A DNA stretch of 64,000 bases from Phycisphaerales bacterium (lineage in GTDB: Bacteria > Planctomycetota > Phycisphaerae > UBA1845 > Fen-1342): contig JAGQOO010000001.1 in NCBI GenBank assembly GCA_020427345.1, forward strand, positions 8,922 to 72,921, written 5' to 3'. The position numbers were made by a program, and so were the translations under genes. This document shows positions 1 through 9,595 of this stretch, one piece after another; positions within the stretch are counted from its first letter, which is position 1; the number at the start of each line of letters is the position of its first letter. Under the pieces are notes generated by a model. The model was not told the origin of the DNA. It made no database searches and saw only the letters and a program-made list of their open reading frames with translations.

Positions 1-2040
1 ACACAGATCGGCGAACTCGCCCGCGATGTCCTGAGCGCGCCCGCCGGAAAGCCGCCCCTGATACTGCGGCTGGAGCGATTCACGCGTCTGGTGGGCGTGT
101 CGGTGCTCGTCGCGGCCGCAGGTATCGCGGTGCTGGGCGTCGCGGTCCAACACTACGGCTGGGGCGAAATGTTCATGTTCGCCGTAGCCCTTGCGGTATC
201 GGCGATCCCGGAGGGACTCCCAATCGCGATCACGGTCGCCCTCGCGGTCGGAGCGACCCGAATGGCCAGACGCGGTGTGATCGTGCGGAAGCTCGGAGCG
301 GTGGAAGGGCTCGGCAGCTGCACACTGATTGCAAGCGACAAAACGGGCACGCTTACGTGCAACGAACTAACAGCGCGCGAACTTTCGCTCGCCGATGGCG
401 AACGACTAGAGGTCACCGGGCAGGGCTTCGCCCCCGCAGGCAGCATTCTGCGCAATGGCGGCGTCGTCGAGCGCGGCGAGTCGGCGTCCCTCGACGCCCT
501 GTGCATGGCGGCGGTGCTCTGTAACGAGGCCGATCTTTATCTGCGCGATGGGCAATGGCGTTGGCGTGGCGATCCGACCGATGTCGCCCTGTTGTCGATG
601 GCTCACAAGCTGGGCTGGCGGAGGGAGCTGACACTCGACAAACACCCGCAATGCAACGAGATTCCGTTTGAACCCGAGATTCGCTTTGCCGCCACGTTCA
701 ACAAGCTGGACGTTGGGACAGGTGTGTTCGTCAAAGGCGCGCCGGAGAGAGTGCTGCCGATGTGCGATCTCGATCCGCCGGCGCGATCGACGTTCGCCGA
801 ACGAGCCGAAGAGATGGCGGCCCGGGGTTTTCGCGTTCTGGGCATCGCATCGGGCGCAGCGCCTGACGGGCTTTCCACTGACTCAGCGCCGCCCGAACCC
901 ACGGGACTCACGTTTCTGGGATTCGTTGGCATGATCGATCCGCTTCGATCGGGCGCGGCCGAGGCCGTCGAAGTCTGTGGTCGAGCGGGGATTTCCGTGT
1001 CGATGGTCACCGGCGATCATCCCACAACGGCGCTGGCGGTCGCGCGCGAACTCGGCCTTGCGGACTCGCTCGCGCAGGTCGTTACCGGCGACGCGCTGGC
1101 AGGGTCAGACCCTGACAGCTTTCGAGAAAAGGTGGGCCGCTCGCGCGTCTTCGCCCGCGTCGCGCCCGGGCAGAAACTGTCGATCGTCGCCGCGCTCGAG
1201 CGACGCGGCCATCTCGTAGCGGTTACCGGCGACGGGGCCAACGACGCGCCGGCTTTGCGTGCGGCGAATATCGGCGTCGCCATGGGACGATCAGGCACTG
1301 ATGTCGCCCGAGAGGCCAGCGACCTCGTGATCAGCGATGACAACTTCGCGACGATTGTCGCCGGCGTCGAGGAAGGCCGCATCGCGTACGACAACATCCG
1401 GAAAGTCATCTTCCTGCTCATCTGCACGGGCGCGGCGGAGGTGATCCTCATTGCGCTAGCAGTGGCGACCGGATCGCCGTTGCCGCTGCTGCCCGCCCAA
1501 CTGCTCTGGCTCAACCTCGTCACCAACGGCATACAGGACGTTGCGCTCGCGTTCGAACCCGGCGAAGCGGATGTGCTGCTCCGCCGACCGCGCCCGCCGC
1601 GCGAACGCATATTCAACAGCGTCATGGTGCGTAACTGCCTGTTCTCGGCGGCGGTGATGGGACTCATGGGGTTCGCCGCGTACAAGTGGATGCTGAACGC
1701 CGGATGGACCGAGGCGTCATCACGGAACGGCCTGCTCCTGCTGATGGTGCTGTTCGAGAATGTCCTGATCGGAAATTGCCGCTGCGAAATCGGAGCCGCC
1801 CTGGGGCTATCACCGCTTCGAAGTCCGCTATTGCTCCTGGGGGCAGTGTCGGCGTTTCTGGTCCACGTCGCGGCGATGCACTTCCCGATCGGACAGCAAC
1901 TGCTCAAGACCGAACCTGTTGGCGGACCTGTATGGATTGCATTTGGGGCAATGGCTGTCTGCCTCTTTGCGCTCGTGGAGCTTCACAAGTGGGCTTGGAG
2001 AATCAGTACGGAGCGAAGCGCCTCGAAGTGCTCGGTGTGA
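1..2040 (+). CDS. P-type (P2-like, Ca2+/Mg2+-type) cation-transporting ATPase, 5' end cut by window edge
   Basis: Frame 1 is open from nt 1 (TQIGELARD...) into the 91..2040 ORF. Contains the PEGLP motif, the DKTGTLT phosphorylation motif, the TGDGANDAPAL hinge motif and C-terminal TM helices. Confidence 0.9.
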   Translation, partial: TQIGELARDVLSAPAGKPPLILRLERFTRLVGVSVLVAAAGIAVLGVAVQHYGWGEMFMFAVALAVSAIPEGLPIAITVALAVGATRMARRGVIVRKLGAVEGLGSCTLIASDKTGTLTCNELTARELSLADGERLEVTGQGFAPAGSILRNGGVVERGESASLDALCMAAVLCNEADLYLRDGQWRWRGDPTDVALLSMAHKLGWRRELTLDKHPQCNEIPFEPEIRFAATFNKLDVGTGVFVKGAPERVLPMCDLDPPARSTFAERAEEMAARGFRVLGIASGAAPDGLSTDSAPPEPTGLTFLGFVGMIDPLRSGAAEAVEVCGRAGISVSMVTGDHPTTALAVARELGLADSLAQVVTGDALAGSDPDSFREKVGRSRVFARVAPGQKLSIVAALERRGHLVAVTGDGANDAPALRAANIGVAMGRSGTDVAREASDLVISDDNFATIVAGVEEGRIAYDNIRKVIFLLICTGAAEVILIALAVATGSPLPLLPAQLLWLNLVTNGIQDVALAFEPGEADVLLRRPRPPRERIFNSVMVRNCLFSAAVMGLMGFAAYKWMLNAGWTEASSRNGLLLLMVLFENVLIGNCRCEIGAALGLSPLRSPLLLLGAVSAFLVHVAAMHFPIGQQLLKTEPVGGPVWIAFGAMAVCLFALVELHKWAWRISTERSASKCSV

Positions 2041-2062
2041 TCCGCGAAGATGGACCCGTCAT

Positions 2063-2968
2063 TCACGATCCAGCGACGCGCTGCTGTGCGATCAACGACA
2101 TAGCGAAACAAACCAGCGCCGCCCCGGTCAATTGCGGACTACCCAGCAGCGCCAGCAGCCACGCGTCCAGCAACGAAATCCCCGCGACCCAGCCGCCGAT
2201 CACTCGAGCGGCTCTCGGCGGCGCGCCTGCCGCGACCGGCGAGGACAGCGCCGACCGCGCGATCCAAACCAGGTACAGCTGCCACGAAACGAGCACCGCG
2301 GCCGCGATCAGCGCATGTCGCCACGACGCCGGTCGCAGCCAGATCGCCGGCGCCAACGAGACCGCCATCAGCAGCGCCGCAACGCCCGTCGGCCCCCGCG
2401 CGCCCGGCTTGGCTTCCCGCCGGGCCGCGATCGTCACCAGCGTTACATACGCCAGAATCGCCAGCGCCGCCGGCGTCATCCGGAGCCAATCAAAACCGCA
2501 TGAGATCGTGACCGTCGCGTAGAAGTAAACCAGCGCGCGGCAAATTCCCATCAATGGCGTCGCCCACGCGAACCGTTTGTGCAGAACGTCGTACGCCACA
2601 ATCGCCGCGACAAGCGTCGCGCACGTCACAACCGCCGGCGGTCCGAGCAACAAGCTCAGCCCGAATCCGCCTACCAACAAAACGCCCGCGATCCAGAACG
2701 CCGTGGTCCGCGAAATGTCGCCGCGAGGAATCGGCCGATTCGCGCGCTCAATCGCGTCGCGCGGCGCGTCGACCGCGTCATTCAATACCATGCCGCCGAC
2801 ATACAGCAGCACGACAGACAAGAGGCAGATCAATACCGGCGTCGACCACGCCTGCGACATATCGCCCGCCGCCACGCCGACGCCGACTAGCACGTTACTG
2901 ACGCACGTCGGCAAGTTCGACACGCGTCCCAGCGCCAGCATCGCCCGCAATCGCTGCGACAAAGTCAT
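2063..2968 (-). CDS. eboC: UbiA-family aromatic prenyltransferase (EboC-like)
   Basis: Multi-TM protein with the UbiA motif NDAVDAPRDAIERANRPIPRG. Start chosen at MTLSQRL (ATG at 2968), which overlaps the upstream stop as ATGA. The longer 2063..3205 ORF is an N-terminal over-extension. Confidence 0.8.
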   Translation of the reverse strand: MTLSQRLRAMLALGRVSNLPTCVSNVLVGVGVAAGDMSQAWSTPVLICLLSVVLLYVGGMVLNDAVDAPRDAIERANRPIPRGDISRTTAFWIAGVLLVGGFGLSLLLGPPAVVTCATLVAAIVAYDVLHKRFAWATPLMGICRALVYFYATVTISCGFDWLRMTPAALAILAYVTLVTIAARREAKPGARGPTGVAALLMAVSLAPAIWLRPASWRHALIAAAVLVSWQLYLVWIARSALSSPVAAGAPPRAARVIGGWVAGISLLDAWLLALLGSPQLTGAALVCFAMSLIAQQRVAGS

Positions 2969-4188
2969 CGCCACACGCGTCGAACCTGATCCCGCAGCCA
3001 CCCGATTTCGGCGGACATGCTCTCTGCCAGCGAGCTCGCCCGTACGGCGGCTGGCGCGACTTGCCATGCGTATGTTTCGATCTCGAGCGGCGCGCCGACT
3101 TCGCGCGCGCGCAGGACATTCAGACACTCGACAATGTCGTCGCGCGTCGTCCGCAGAGCGCCGAAGCCGTCGAGGTGAATCGGAATGTGGAAGTGCGTGC
3201 GCCATTCGATCGCGCAGTCGGCGTCTGGCGCACGCAGCGCATCCGGCAGGTCGTCGAAAGACCAGGTTTGTCCATCAGCCGCGCGCACCGCGGTTTGGTG
3301 CAGATAACGGCGCTCGACAATCTCTGCCAATGCTGCGCGAATCGCGCCACTCGAGGCTTCGGCGTCAACAACTCCCCTTGGAATGGACGATACCTGAACG
3401 CGCCCGATATCGATCCCTGCCGTCAGATATGCGCTGATCGTCGCTTCCTGCGGCTCAAACAGCGCCGCCGCGTGGCAGATGTCGTGACAGATGCGAATGT
3501 GTCGCCGATTCAAGCCCGCGTCGCCGACCGCGTCCAGATGTCGCTCAAAGAACGCGACGACATCACTTGCGCGCTGCAGCGCGCAACCTGGCTCGGGCTC
3601 GATGTCCACGCGGACGCGCAGACCGCTTTCCATCTCCAATCGCGCCAGCCAATCGGTCAGTTCCGCCAATCGCTGCCCGCAGGCGCGCCGATCCGCTTCA
3701 GTCAGGTGCTCGCGCCACCCCAGTGGAACCGTCGTCACGCTGCTGGCTTTCGCGCCATCCGGCGCCAATTCCGTCAGCATCAGCGCCAATCGACGCGTGT
3801 AGTCACACCGCTCGCGCGTTGTCCAATTCGGCATATACACGTCATGCCGCACGGTATCCGCGTGAAACGCGCCAAACGGGAAGCCGTTGAAGCCGATCAC
3901 AAACACGTTCCGCTCAGCGAGCACACTGCGCCACTCGCCAAGCAACCGGCGCGAATCGTCGCGCAACGGCGCGTCAGGATCGGGGACAATCTCGCGCGCA
4001 ACACCGTCCGGCAGCCACAATCCGACGCCAATCTCCGCCAACCCCGCGGCTTCGCGCGCTTGCGCCAGCTCCTCAACAATCCCCCTTCGCGCTTCAGCGA
4101 TCGTCGACGCCCGCGCAACGTTGGCGCAATACGCGATTACCGGCGCTCTTGGAGTAAACTGGGGTTCGGGCGGCCCCGGCGCGGTCAT
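2965..4188 (-). CDS. eboE: Xylose-isomerase-like TIM-barrel protein (EboE-like)
   Basis: Motifs NGFPFGAFH, VRVDIEPEPGC and IRICHDICHAA fit the sugar-phosphate isomerase/epimerase-like TIM-barrel pattern. ATGA-coupled to the TatD-like gene upstream and the UbiA-like gene downstream. Confidence 0.6.
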   Translation of the reverse strand: MTAPGPPEPQFTPRAPVIAYCANVARASTIAEARRGIVEELAQAREAAGLAEIGVGLWLPDGVAREIVPDPDAPLRDDSRRLLGEWRSVLAERNVFVIGFNGFPFGAFHADTVRHDVYMPNWTTRERCDYTRRLALMLTELAPDGAKASSVTTVPLGWREHLTEADRRACGQRLAELTDWLARLEMESGLRVRVDIEPEPGCALQRASDVVAFFERHLDAVGDAGLNRRHIRICHDICHAAALFEPQEATISAYLTAGIDIGRVQVSSIPRGVVDAEASSGAIRAALAEIVERRYLHQTAVRAADGQTWSFDDLPDALRAPDADCAIEWRTHFHIPIHLDGFGALRTTRDDIVECLNVLRAREVGAPLEIETYAWQVAPAAVRASSLAESMSAEIGWLRDQVRRVWR

Positions 4189-5018
4189 ACAGACGCCGGC
4201 TCCACACGGAATCGCGGAGACTGCGACAAGAAAGCCAGCGGATTCTCAAACGTGACGCGCTGAATCAACTGATCCACGTGCCCGCGCCGACGCATCTCCC
4301 GCCGCGCGAGCGGGACTGACAGCGGGTCGCTCGGCCCCCAATCGCCGGCAGAATTCATGCAGATGCGATCAACGCCGTGTGTTTCGAGAATATCCACAGC
4401 GCGTTGCGGCGTGCACTTCGTTTCCGGATAGAGCGTCATGGCGCACCAGTACCCGCCATCGAGCGCGATCCGAACCGTGTGCTCTTCGACATGATCGATC
4501 AACACGCGATGCGGCGCCAAGCCGGAGTTTTTCAGCGCATCCACAATCAGCCGCGTGCCTTTGAGCTTATCCTCCAGGTGCGGCGTGTGAATCAACACCA
4601 GCGCGTCGTGGCGCTTCGCGAGCGCTAGTTGCTCTTCAAAGATCGCCAGTTCGTTTCGGCTGTTCTTGTTCAGGCCGATTTCGCCGACACCCAGCACGTT
4701 TGGCCGATCGAGATATTGCGGAATCAAACCGATCACTTCGCGCGAAAGTCCGGTGTCCTCCGCTTCTTTGGCGTTGATACACAACCAGCAATGATGCTGA
4801 ATCCCGTACATCGCCGCCCGACGCGGTTCGGTTTCCGTCAGTTGGCGGAAGTAGTCAGCAAATCCTTCGGCCGAGCGGTCAAAACCCGCCCAGAACGCGG
4901 GCTCGGTAATCGCGACGCAGCCGGCGTCCGCCATCCGCGCGTAATCATCCGTAATGCGCGAGACCATGTGAATGTGCGGGTCAATGTACCTCACTGCGCG
5001 CCCCGCCAAGCGCCGCAC
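4185..5018 (-). CDS. eboB: TatD-family metal-dependent hydrolase (EboB-like)
   Basis: N-terminal YIDPHIHM (HxH), then VLIHTPH, LIDHVEEH and NSAGDWG, typical amidohydrolase/TatD metal-ligand spacing. ATGA overlap with the next gene. Confidence 0.8.
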   Translation of the reverse strand: MRRLAGRAVRYIDPHIHMVSRITDDYARMADAGCVAITEPAFWAGFDRSAEGFADYFRQLTETEPRRAAMYGIQHHCWLCINAKEAEDTGLSREVIGLIPQYLDRPNVLGVGEIGLNKNSRNELAIFEEQLALAKRHDALVLIHTPHLEDKLKGTRLIVDALKNSGLAPHRVLIDHVEEHTVRIALDGGYWCAMTLYPETKCTPQRAVDILETHGVDRICMNSAGDWGPSDPLSVPLARREMRRRGHVDQLIQRVTFENPLAFLSQSPRFRVEPASV

Positions 5019-5293
5019 GCGCCTTTCTCGTCGGCGGCGTCGATTGGGCGCGATGTGTGATCACTGAAGGCTTCGAGCACGCGGCGGGCGCGGTCGGATT
5101 TGCCGTCGGTCAGGATCGCGATCGCGGAAACGAGCGCACGGGCGCGAAAATCAGCGAAAGGCGCTCCATCTGAACAGTCGGCCGCGCGTTCCACGCGATC
5201 GAGAAACGCGGCGATGTCGATCAGTTTCGCGCGATGCGCGAGAAAGTCGGCGTCGATCACCTGCTGGCGTGTCCGCTGCGCGAATTCGCTCAT
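4991..5293 (-). CDS. Small hypothetical protein in the slot usually held by eboA
   Basis: 100-aa ORF starting MSEFAQRTRQ. Its ATG at 5293 overlaps the stop of the DHQS-like gene (ATGA) and its 3' end overlaps the TatD-like start by 28 nt. No motif recognised. Confidence 0.5.
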   Translation of the reverse strand: MSEFAQRTRQQVIDADFLAHRAKLIDIAAFLDRVERAADCSDGAPFADFRARALVSAIAILTDGKSDRARRVLEAFSDHTSRPIDAADEKGACGAWRGAQ

Positions 5294-6474
5294 TTCCCGC
5301 TCCCGCACAGGCGCTGCTTCGCGCCGAATCGCGCACTGACCGCCTGAATCGCGGCGCTCATCGCGGCGCGATCGATGTCATGCGCGTCGAACCCGGCGCC
5401 GATTCCGCGCAATAGCGTAATCGTCAGCGGGCCGCCAAGATGTTCGCGAAACTCATCCAATCCCGCCAGAACCGCGTCGGGGTCTTCCATACTCGGATGG
5501 TAAAGCTCAAACCCCAGCCCCGCGAGCAGTTCCAGAGCGCGCTCCGCGTGCGCGGCGCTCAGCGCGCCGATTCCATGCGAATACACGACATCGATGGCGA
5601 TACCCATCGCAACCGCCTCGCCGTGGGTCACGCCAAACTCCGACAAAGCCTCGATGCGATGCGCCGCCCAGTGACCGAAATCCAACGGGCGACCGACGCC
5701 CGTCTCGAAGGGGTCGCCCCCTTCGACAATATGGCGCAGATGGGCTTCGGCCGATCGCATAATCAGCGGATTCGCAATCGACAGGTCGCGCGCGACGATG
5801 CCGGCGCTATCGCGTTCGAGTTGTTCGAACAACTCAGTGTCGCGAATCAGCGCGATTTTCGCGATTTCCGAAAAGCCGCCGCGCCAGTCGCGCTCCGACA
5901 GTGTCCGCAACAGCAGGGGATCGTTGATGACCGCAACCGGTGGCGCGAACGTGCCACAGAAGTTCTTGGATCCGAACGTATTGACGGCGTTCTTCACCGC
6001 GACGCCAGAGTCACATTGGGCCAATGTCGTGCTGGGTAGACGAATCAGGCGCAAGCCGCGGTGCGTCGTTGCAGCGGCGAATCCAACAACATCCAGCAAG
6101 GCGCCGCCGCCGATGGCGACAACGTACGACTGGCGACAAAGGCGCGCATCGCGCATCGCGCGGATCGCGTCTTCCAGCACCCGGGGCTGGTTTTTGGCGC
6201 ATTCGCCACCGCCGATCACTACCGGCTCAGCGACCGCGGCGAGGCAATCCGCATGGGCCGCGCAATACTCGCCGACGTCGTCAATCACGCTCGGCTTTGC
6301 CTGAGCGAGCCCGTCGTCGACGAAAAACCGGCAACGGGCGGGCGATTGCGACATCGTTTCTCGAACCGCATCAGCGAGCGCGGGGTTACCCGGGGCCAGC
6401 GCGTTTTCCGCTACGCGAAAGCGAAACCGGTAGCGGACGCTGAAATCGAAGTCGAGTCGCTCGTTTTGCGGCAT
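5290..6474 (-). CDS. eboD: 3-dehydroquinate-synthase-like sugar phosphate cyclase (EboD-like)
   Basis: GGGALLDVVGFAAATTHRGLRLIRLPSTTLAQCDSGVAVKNAVN is the DHQS nucleotide/metal-site pattern. C-terminal HWAAH...HGEAVAMG. First gene of the minus-strand operon. Confidence 0.85.
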   Translation of the reverse strand: MPQNERLDFDFSVRYRFRFRVAENALAPGNPALADAVRETMSQSPARCRFFVDDGLAQAKPSVIDDVGEYCAAHADCLAAVAEPVVIGGGECAKNQPRVLEDAIRAMRDARLCRQSYVVAIGGGALLDVVGFAAATTHRGLRLIRLPSTTLAQCDSGVAVKNAVNTFGSKNFCGTFAPPVAVINDPLLLRTLSERDWRGGFSEIAKIALIRDTELFEQLERDSAGIVARDLSIANPLIMRSAEAHLRHIVEGGDPFETGVGRPLDFGHWAAHRIEALSEFGVTHGEAVAMGIAIDVVYSHGIGALSAAHAERALELLAGLGFELYHPSMEDPDAVLAGLDEFREHLGGPLTITLLRGIGAGFDAHDIDRAAMSAAIQAVSARFGAKQRLCGSGK

Positions 6475-6684
6475 CGCTGGCCCTGAGAGTGTTTTCGCGT
6501 CAGTTCCCGGTCCATATTGTATTTCGGCCTGAACCGGGCCGCATCGCCGGTTCCGGCAAAAAGTGCGCGAAACTCATCGTCAACATTATCAAGGCCGACT
6601 CCGGGGTCGGGTCGATAAACGAAAGTAAGGCGCGGCGCCGTTCGCCGCCGGCATGTCAAATCTCTACCGACGGATGGAGTTCCC

Positions 6685-8217
6685 ATGATGAAGCGTTTCG
6701 CTTTGGCGCCGCTGATGGTTGTTCCCCTGGTTCTCACGGGGTGTTTCCCGGCAGACACACTAAACCAGGATCAAACGGACACGACCAGCGGCCGAACGAT
6801 TTCGGGCATTATTGGCGACGCCGCAGCGCAGAGCAGCAGCGGCACGTACATGATTGTCGCACAGTCAGCCGAGACGATGCAGATTTACACGGACACGACG
6901 GACAGCCTCGGGGCGTTCCAGGTCAATGTTCCCGACAGCGAAGGCGAGTTGTTCATGGTCACCGTCGTGTCGCCGAACAGCCAGGTGGCGGGCCCGGTCG
7001 TGTTCGAGCGCAAGGGCGATATGGGCATGACAGGGCTGGAGCTTATGGGCGACGTCTCGCTCGGCAAGGTCGATCTGCCGGCGACGCTGGATGGCGGCCC
7101 GATCGAGCCCGGCTCCGGCGCGGATTTCGGCGATTCGACGGTCGCCACGGACGTCATGGCGCTGCTCGATGAGAACGGCGTTCCGCTGGGTGTGCCCAAC
7201 ATCGGCAAGGGCGACGGCGCGGCGGGCAATATGTCGAGCAACCCGCGGCAGGCGTGCGACGTCGACCTCGACGGCCTGATCGACATCTTTGACGCCGACG
7301 ATGACGGCGACGGCGTCGTCGACGAGTTCGACGATGACGCGATGCTCAATCCGGCCGAAGCGGATGGCATCCAACTCAACTTCTTCATGAACTTGAAGCT
7401 GAATGGTGAGCAGGCGCGTGTGTTTTACGACGGCGACACGACCGGCATCGCCGAGTCACTGAAGGAAGACACCGTGATCACGTTCGAGGTTCGTGGCACG
7501 GATTCGCTGGACTCGGCCATTGACTCGGTGCGAATTCTAAGCACGCCGGCGCCGTCGTATCTGAGCGGGGCGACGCTGCTTGGGTCTGGGTCATTGTGGT
7601 CGGATGAGGGGTACAAGCTTGAGGAAGATGGGGCGAATCACTTCCAGGCGTTTGTCATCCCGCACGCCGACATCAACGCCGGCGACACGTTCCAGGTTGA
7701 GGTCACATTCGCGGACAGCTCGACCAAGACCTACGCCCGTATGATCAACTACGTGTTCAAGAGCATCCCGCGGATCGAGAAGACGGGCGAATCGTCATCG
7801 CTGGAGGATGTCGTCCTCCCGGGCACGATCGAGTTTGACGGCGCATCGGATGTCACGTTCGAGTGGGCGCCGCCGGTCGACGAGACCGGCGCGCTGATGA
7901 CGGATTTGAACTACTTCTTCGAGGTGTTTTTCTACTCGGCGACGGACAATTCGCAGGTTGACGGGATCACCGGCGGTTCGACATGGCCGACTGCCATCAG
8001 CGGGTGGTCGACAGAGTTTCGTCGCTTTGAAGTGTCAGCTTCAGATCTGATCCTCACCGACTCAAATACGTTCATGGTCACGATGCCGAAGGATATCTTC
8101 GTCGACACGGTCAAGACCAGCGATGGCGACGTGGCAATCGGGAGCTACAAGATCGATATCGCCGCCCAGAATAATGGCAACAACTCGGCTGTAATGCTCG
8201 ACTTCGAGAAAAAGTAA
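6685..8217 (+). CDS. Secreted lipoprotein with acidic Ca-binding-like repeat, unknown function
   Basis: Signal peptide with lipobox MMKRFALAPLMVVPLVLTGC. Acidic repeat DVDLDGLIDIFDADDDGDGVVDEFDDD (thrombospondin-type-3/EF-like). Followed by a strong terminator. Confidence 0.75.
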   Translation: MMKRFALAPLMVVPLVLTGCFPADTLNQDQTDTTSGRTISGIIGDAAAQSSSGTYMIVAQSAETMQIYTDTTDSLGAFQVNVPDSEGELFMVTVVSPNSQVAGPVVFERKGDMGMTGLELMGDVSLGKVDLPATLDGGPIEPGSGADFGDSTVATDVMALLDENGVPLGVPNIGKGDGAAGNMSSNPRQACDVDLDGLIDIFDADDDGDGVVDEFDDDAMLNPAEADGIQLNFFMNLKLNGEQARVFYDGDTTGIAESLKEDTVITFEVRGTDSLDSAIDSVRILSTPAPSYLSGATLLGSGSLWSDEGYKLEEDGANHFQAFVIPHADINAGDTFQVEVTFADSSTKTYARMINYVFKSIPRIEKTGESSSLEDVVLPGTIEFDGASDVTFEWAPPVDETGALMTDLNYFFEVFFYSATDNSQVDGITGGSTWPTAISGWSTEFRRFEVSASDLILTDSNTFMVTMPKDIFVDTVKTSDGDVAIGSYKIDIAAQNNGNNSAVMLDFEKK

Positions 8218-8241
8218 CAGCACGATACGATCCGGTCATGT

Positions 8242-8278
8242 GGAACGCGGCCCCCCGTGGGCCGCGTTCCTTTATTTT
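8242..8278 (+). terminator. Rho-independent terminator
   Basis: Perfect 12-bp stem ggaacgcggccc / gggccgcgttcc with a 5-nt loop, followed by tttatttt. Lies 25 nt after the stop at 8217. Confidence 0.85.
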
Positions 8279-8371
8279 GCGCGTGGCGTCGGCGCCACGG
8301 CTCCGCGCCAAACGGTATCATGCTGGCTTCCATCAAAGGGCGTTCCTGCGGCAACGAGGAGTAGCGGCGAT

Positions 8372-9595
8372 ATGAACCTGAAGCTCTGGATTTCGGCGAT
8401 TGTAATGACGGCGATCTTGGGTTGCGCCCAGCGCCACGATGAATCGGTCTCAACGACGCCGCCCCCCGAAACGACTCATCGCGCGGATCCGGGGCCACCC
8501 CCGACGCGCGGCATGGGGGAGATGGCGCTCCTCCCGGACGACGGTTCGGGCACGGTCGCTCAGCGGTCGGAGGCGAGCCCCCGGGGCGACGCGCCTCGGC
8601 CCCCGGCGCAATCGTCATCTTCCCAATCGACCGCGTCAGAGTCGGAAGCCGCGTCGACGGGCGTCACCACCACGAGCGCGCCGACTGTGGTTGAGGCGGT
8701 TGGAGACGCAATCACGCTGAAGCCGCGTTATGAAGAAGGCGCCGTGGATTACTTTGAAACGAACCAGACGCTTGAGCGTGAACTCGTGCGCGGCGATGAC
8801 GCGACGCGGTCGAAGATCACGCAGATCATTGGCGTGCAGCGCCAGGTTCTGTCCGTTGACGAGGATGGCGGCGCGCAGATGGAATTGACCTTCCACCGTT
8901 TTGGCCGCATCGATGACACGGGCCGTTCTCCGCTTGACTACGACACCGATCGGGATGACTACGGGCACGCTCCGACCCCGCTCGGCCAGTCGCTACGGAC
9001 ATTAATCGGCTCGAACTTCAAACTCACCGTCGACGGTGAGGGGGACGCGACTGAACAATTGGGTCTGGCCAACCTGCGGGATCGGGTCACCAGCGCGGCG
9101 GATCAGCCGACGCGGCTCGCGATCATGACGGAGTTGTCCGACGAGCGCGTGTTTTACCGCTGGGGAACGTCAATCTACGCGCTGTGCAGCCCAGAGCCGG
9201 TTCGCGTCGGCGACAGTTGGACACGCACGGTACTGCAGGAAGACCCGACGACGGGTTCGCGGACGAATTACTACTACAACAAGCTTGAGCGCATCGAAGA
9301 AGAAAACGGTCATCGCGTCGCGATCATCTCCTTTACCGGCGAAATCAAACAGGATCAGCCCGGGTTGTTCTCGCTGGTCAGCGGCACGTTCGAGGGGACA
9401 GCCGCGTTCGACATTGATCTTGGCCGCTTTGTGCGCAAGACAACCGAGGCCGACATGCGATGGCGCATCGGAACAGCGCCGGCGGACGGGACTGAGGATG
9501 GCGCCATTCGAGTCATGAATCGGGCGCAGGAAACCGTGCGCATCATGTCGCCGGCCGAGCGCTCCGCCGAGTATCAGAGGCTGCATGGGAAGTAG
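8372..9595 (+). CDS. Lipoprotein, unknown function
   Basis: Start moved to the ATG at 8372 (aggag RBS 10 nt upstream). Lipobox MNLKLWISAIVMTAILGC, then a Pro/Ser-rich linker and a globular C-terminal part. Confidence 0.7.
   Translation: MNLKLWISAIVMTAILGCAQRHDESVSTTPPPETTHRADPGPPPTRGMGEMALLPDDGSGTVAQRSEASPRGDAPRPPAQSSSSQSTASESEAASTGVTTTSAPTVVEAVGDAITLKPRYEEGAVDYFETNQTLERELVRGDDATRSKITQIIGVQRQVLSVDEDGGAQMELTFHRFGRIDDTGRSPLDYDTDRDDYGHAPTPLGQSLRTLIGSNFKLTVDGEGDATEQLGLANLRDRVTSAADQPTRLAIMTELSDERVFYRWGTSIYALCSPEPVRVGDSWTRTVLQEDPTTGSRTNYYYNKLERIEEENGHRVAIISFTGEIKQDQPGLFSLVSGTFEGTAAFDIDLGRFVRKTTEADMRWRIGTAPADGTEDGAIRVMNRAQETVRIMSPAERSAEYQRLHGK

Noticed and set aside
2063-3205. Long N-terminal extensions of several ORFs (2063..3205, 8240.., 10464.., 11191.., 14192..15262, 37755..39110, 61304..62029, 52887..)
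   Set aside because: The extensions are Arg/Ala-rich, overlap upstream genes, and lie before internal ATGs that have an RBS, a signal peptide or a canonical family N-terminus. Starts were trimmed accordingly.
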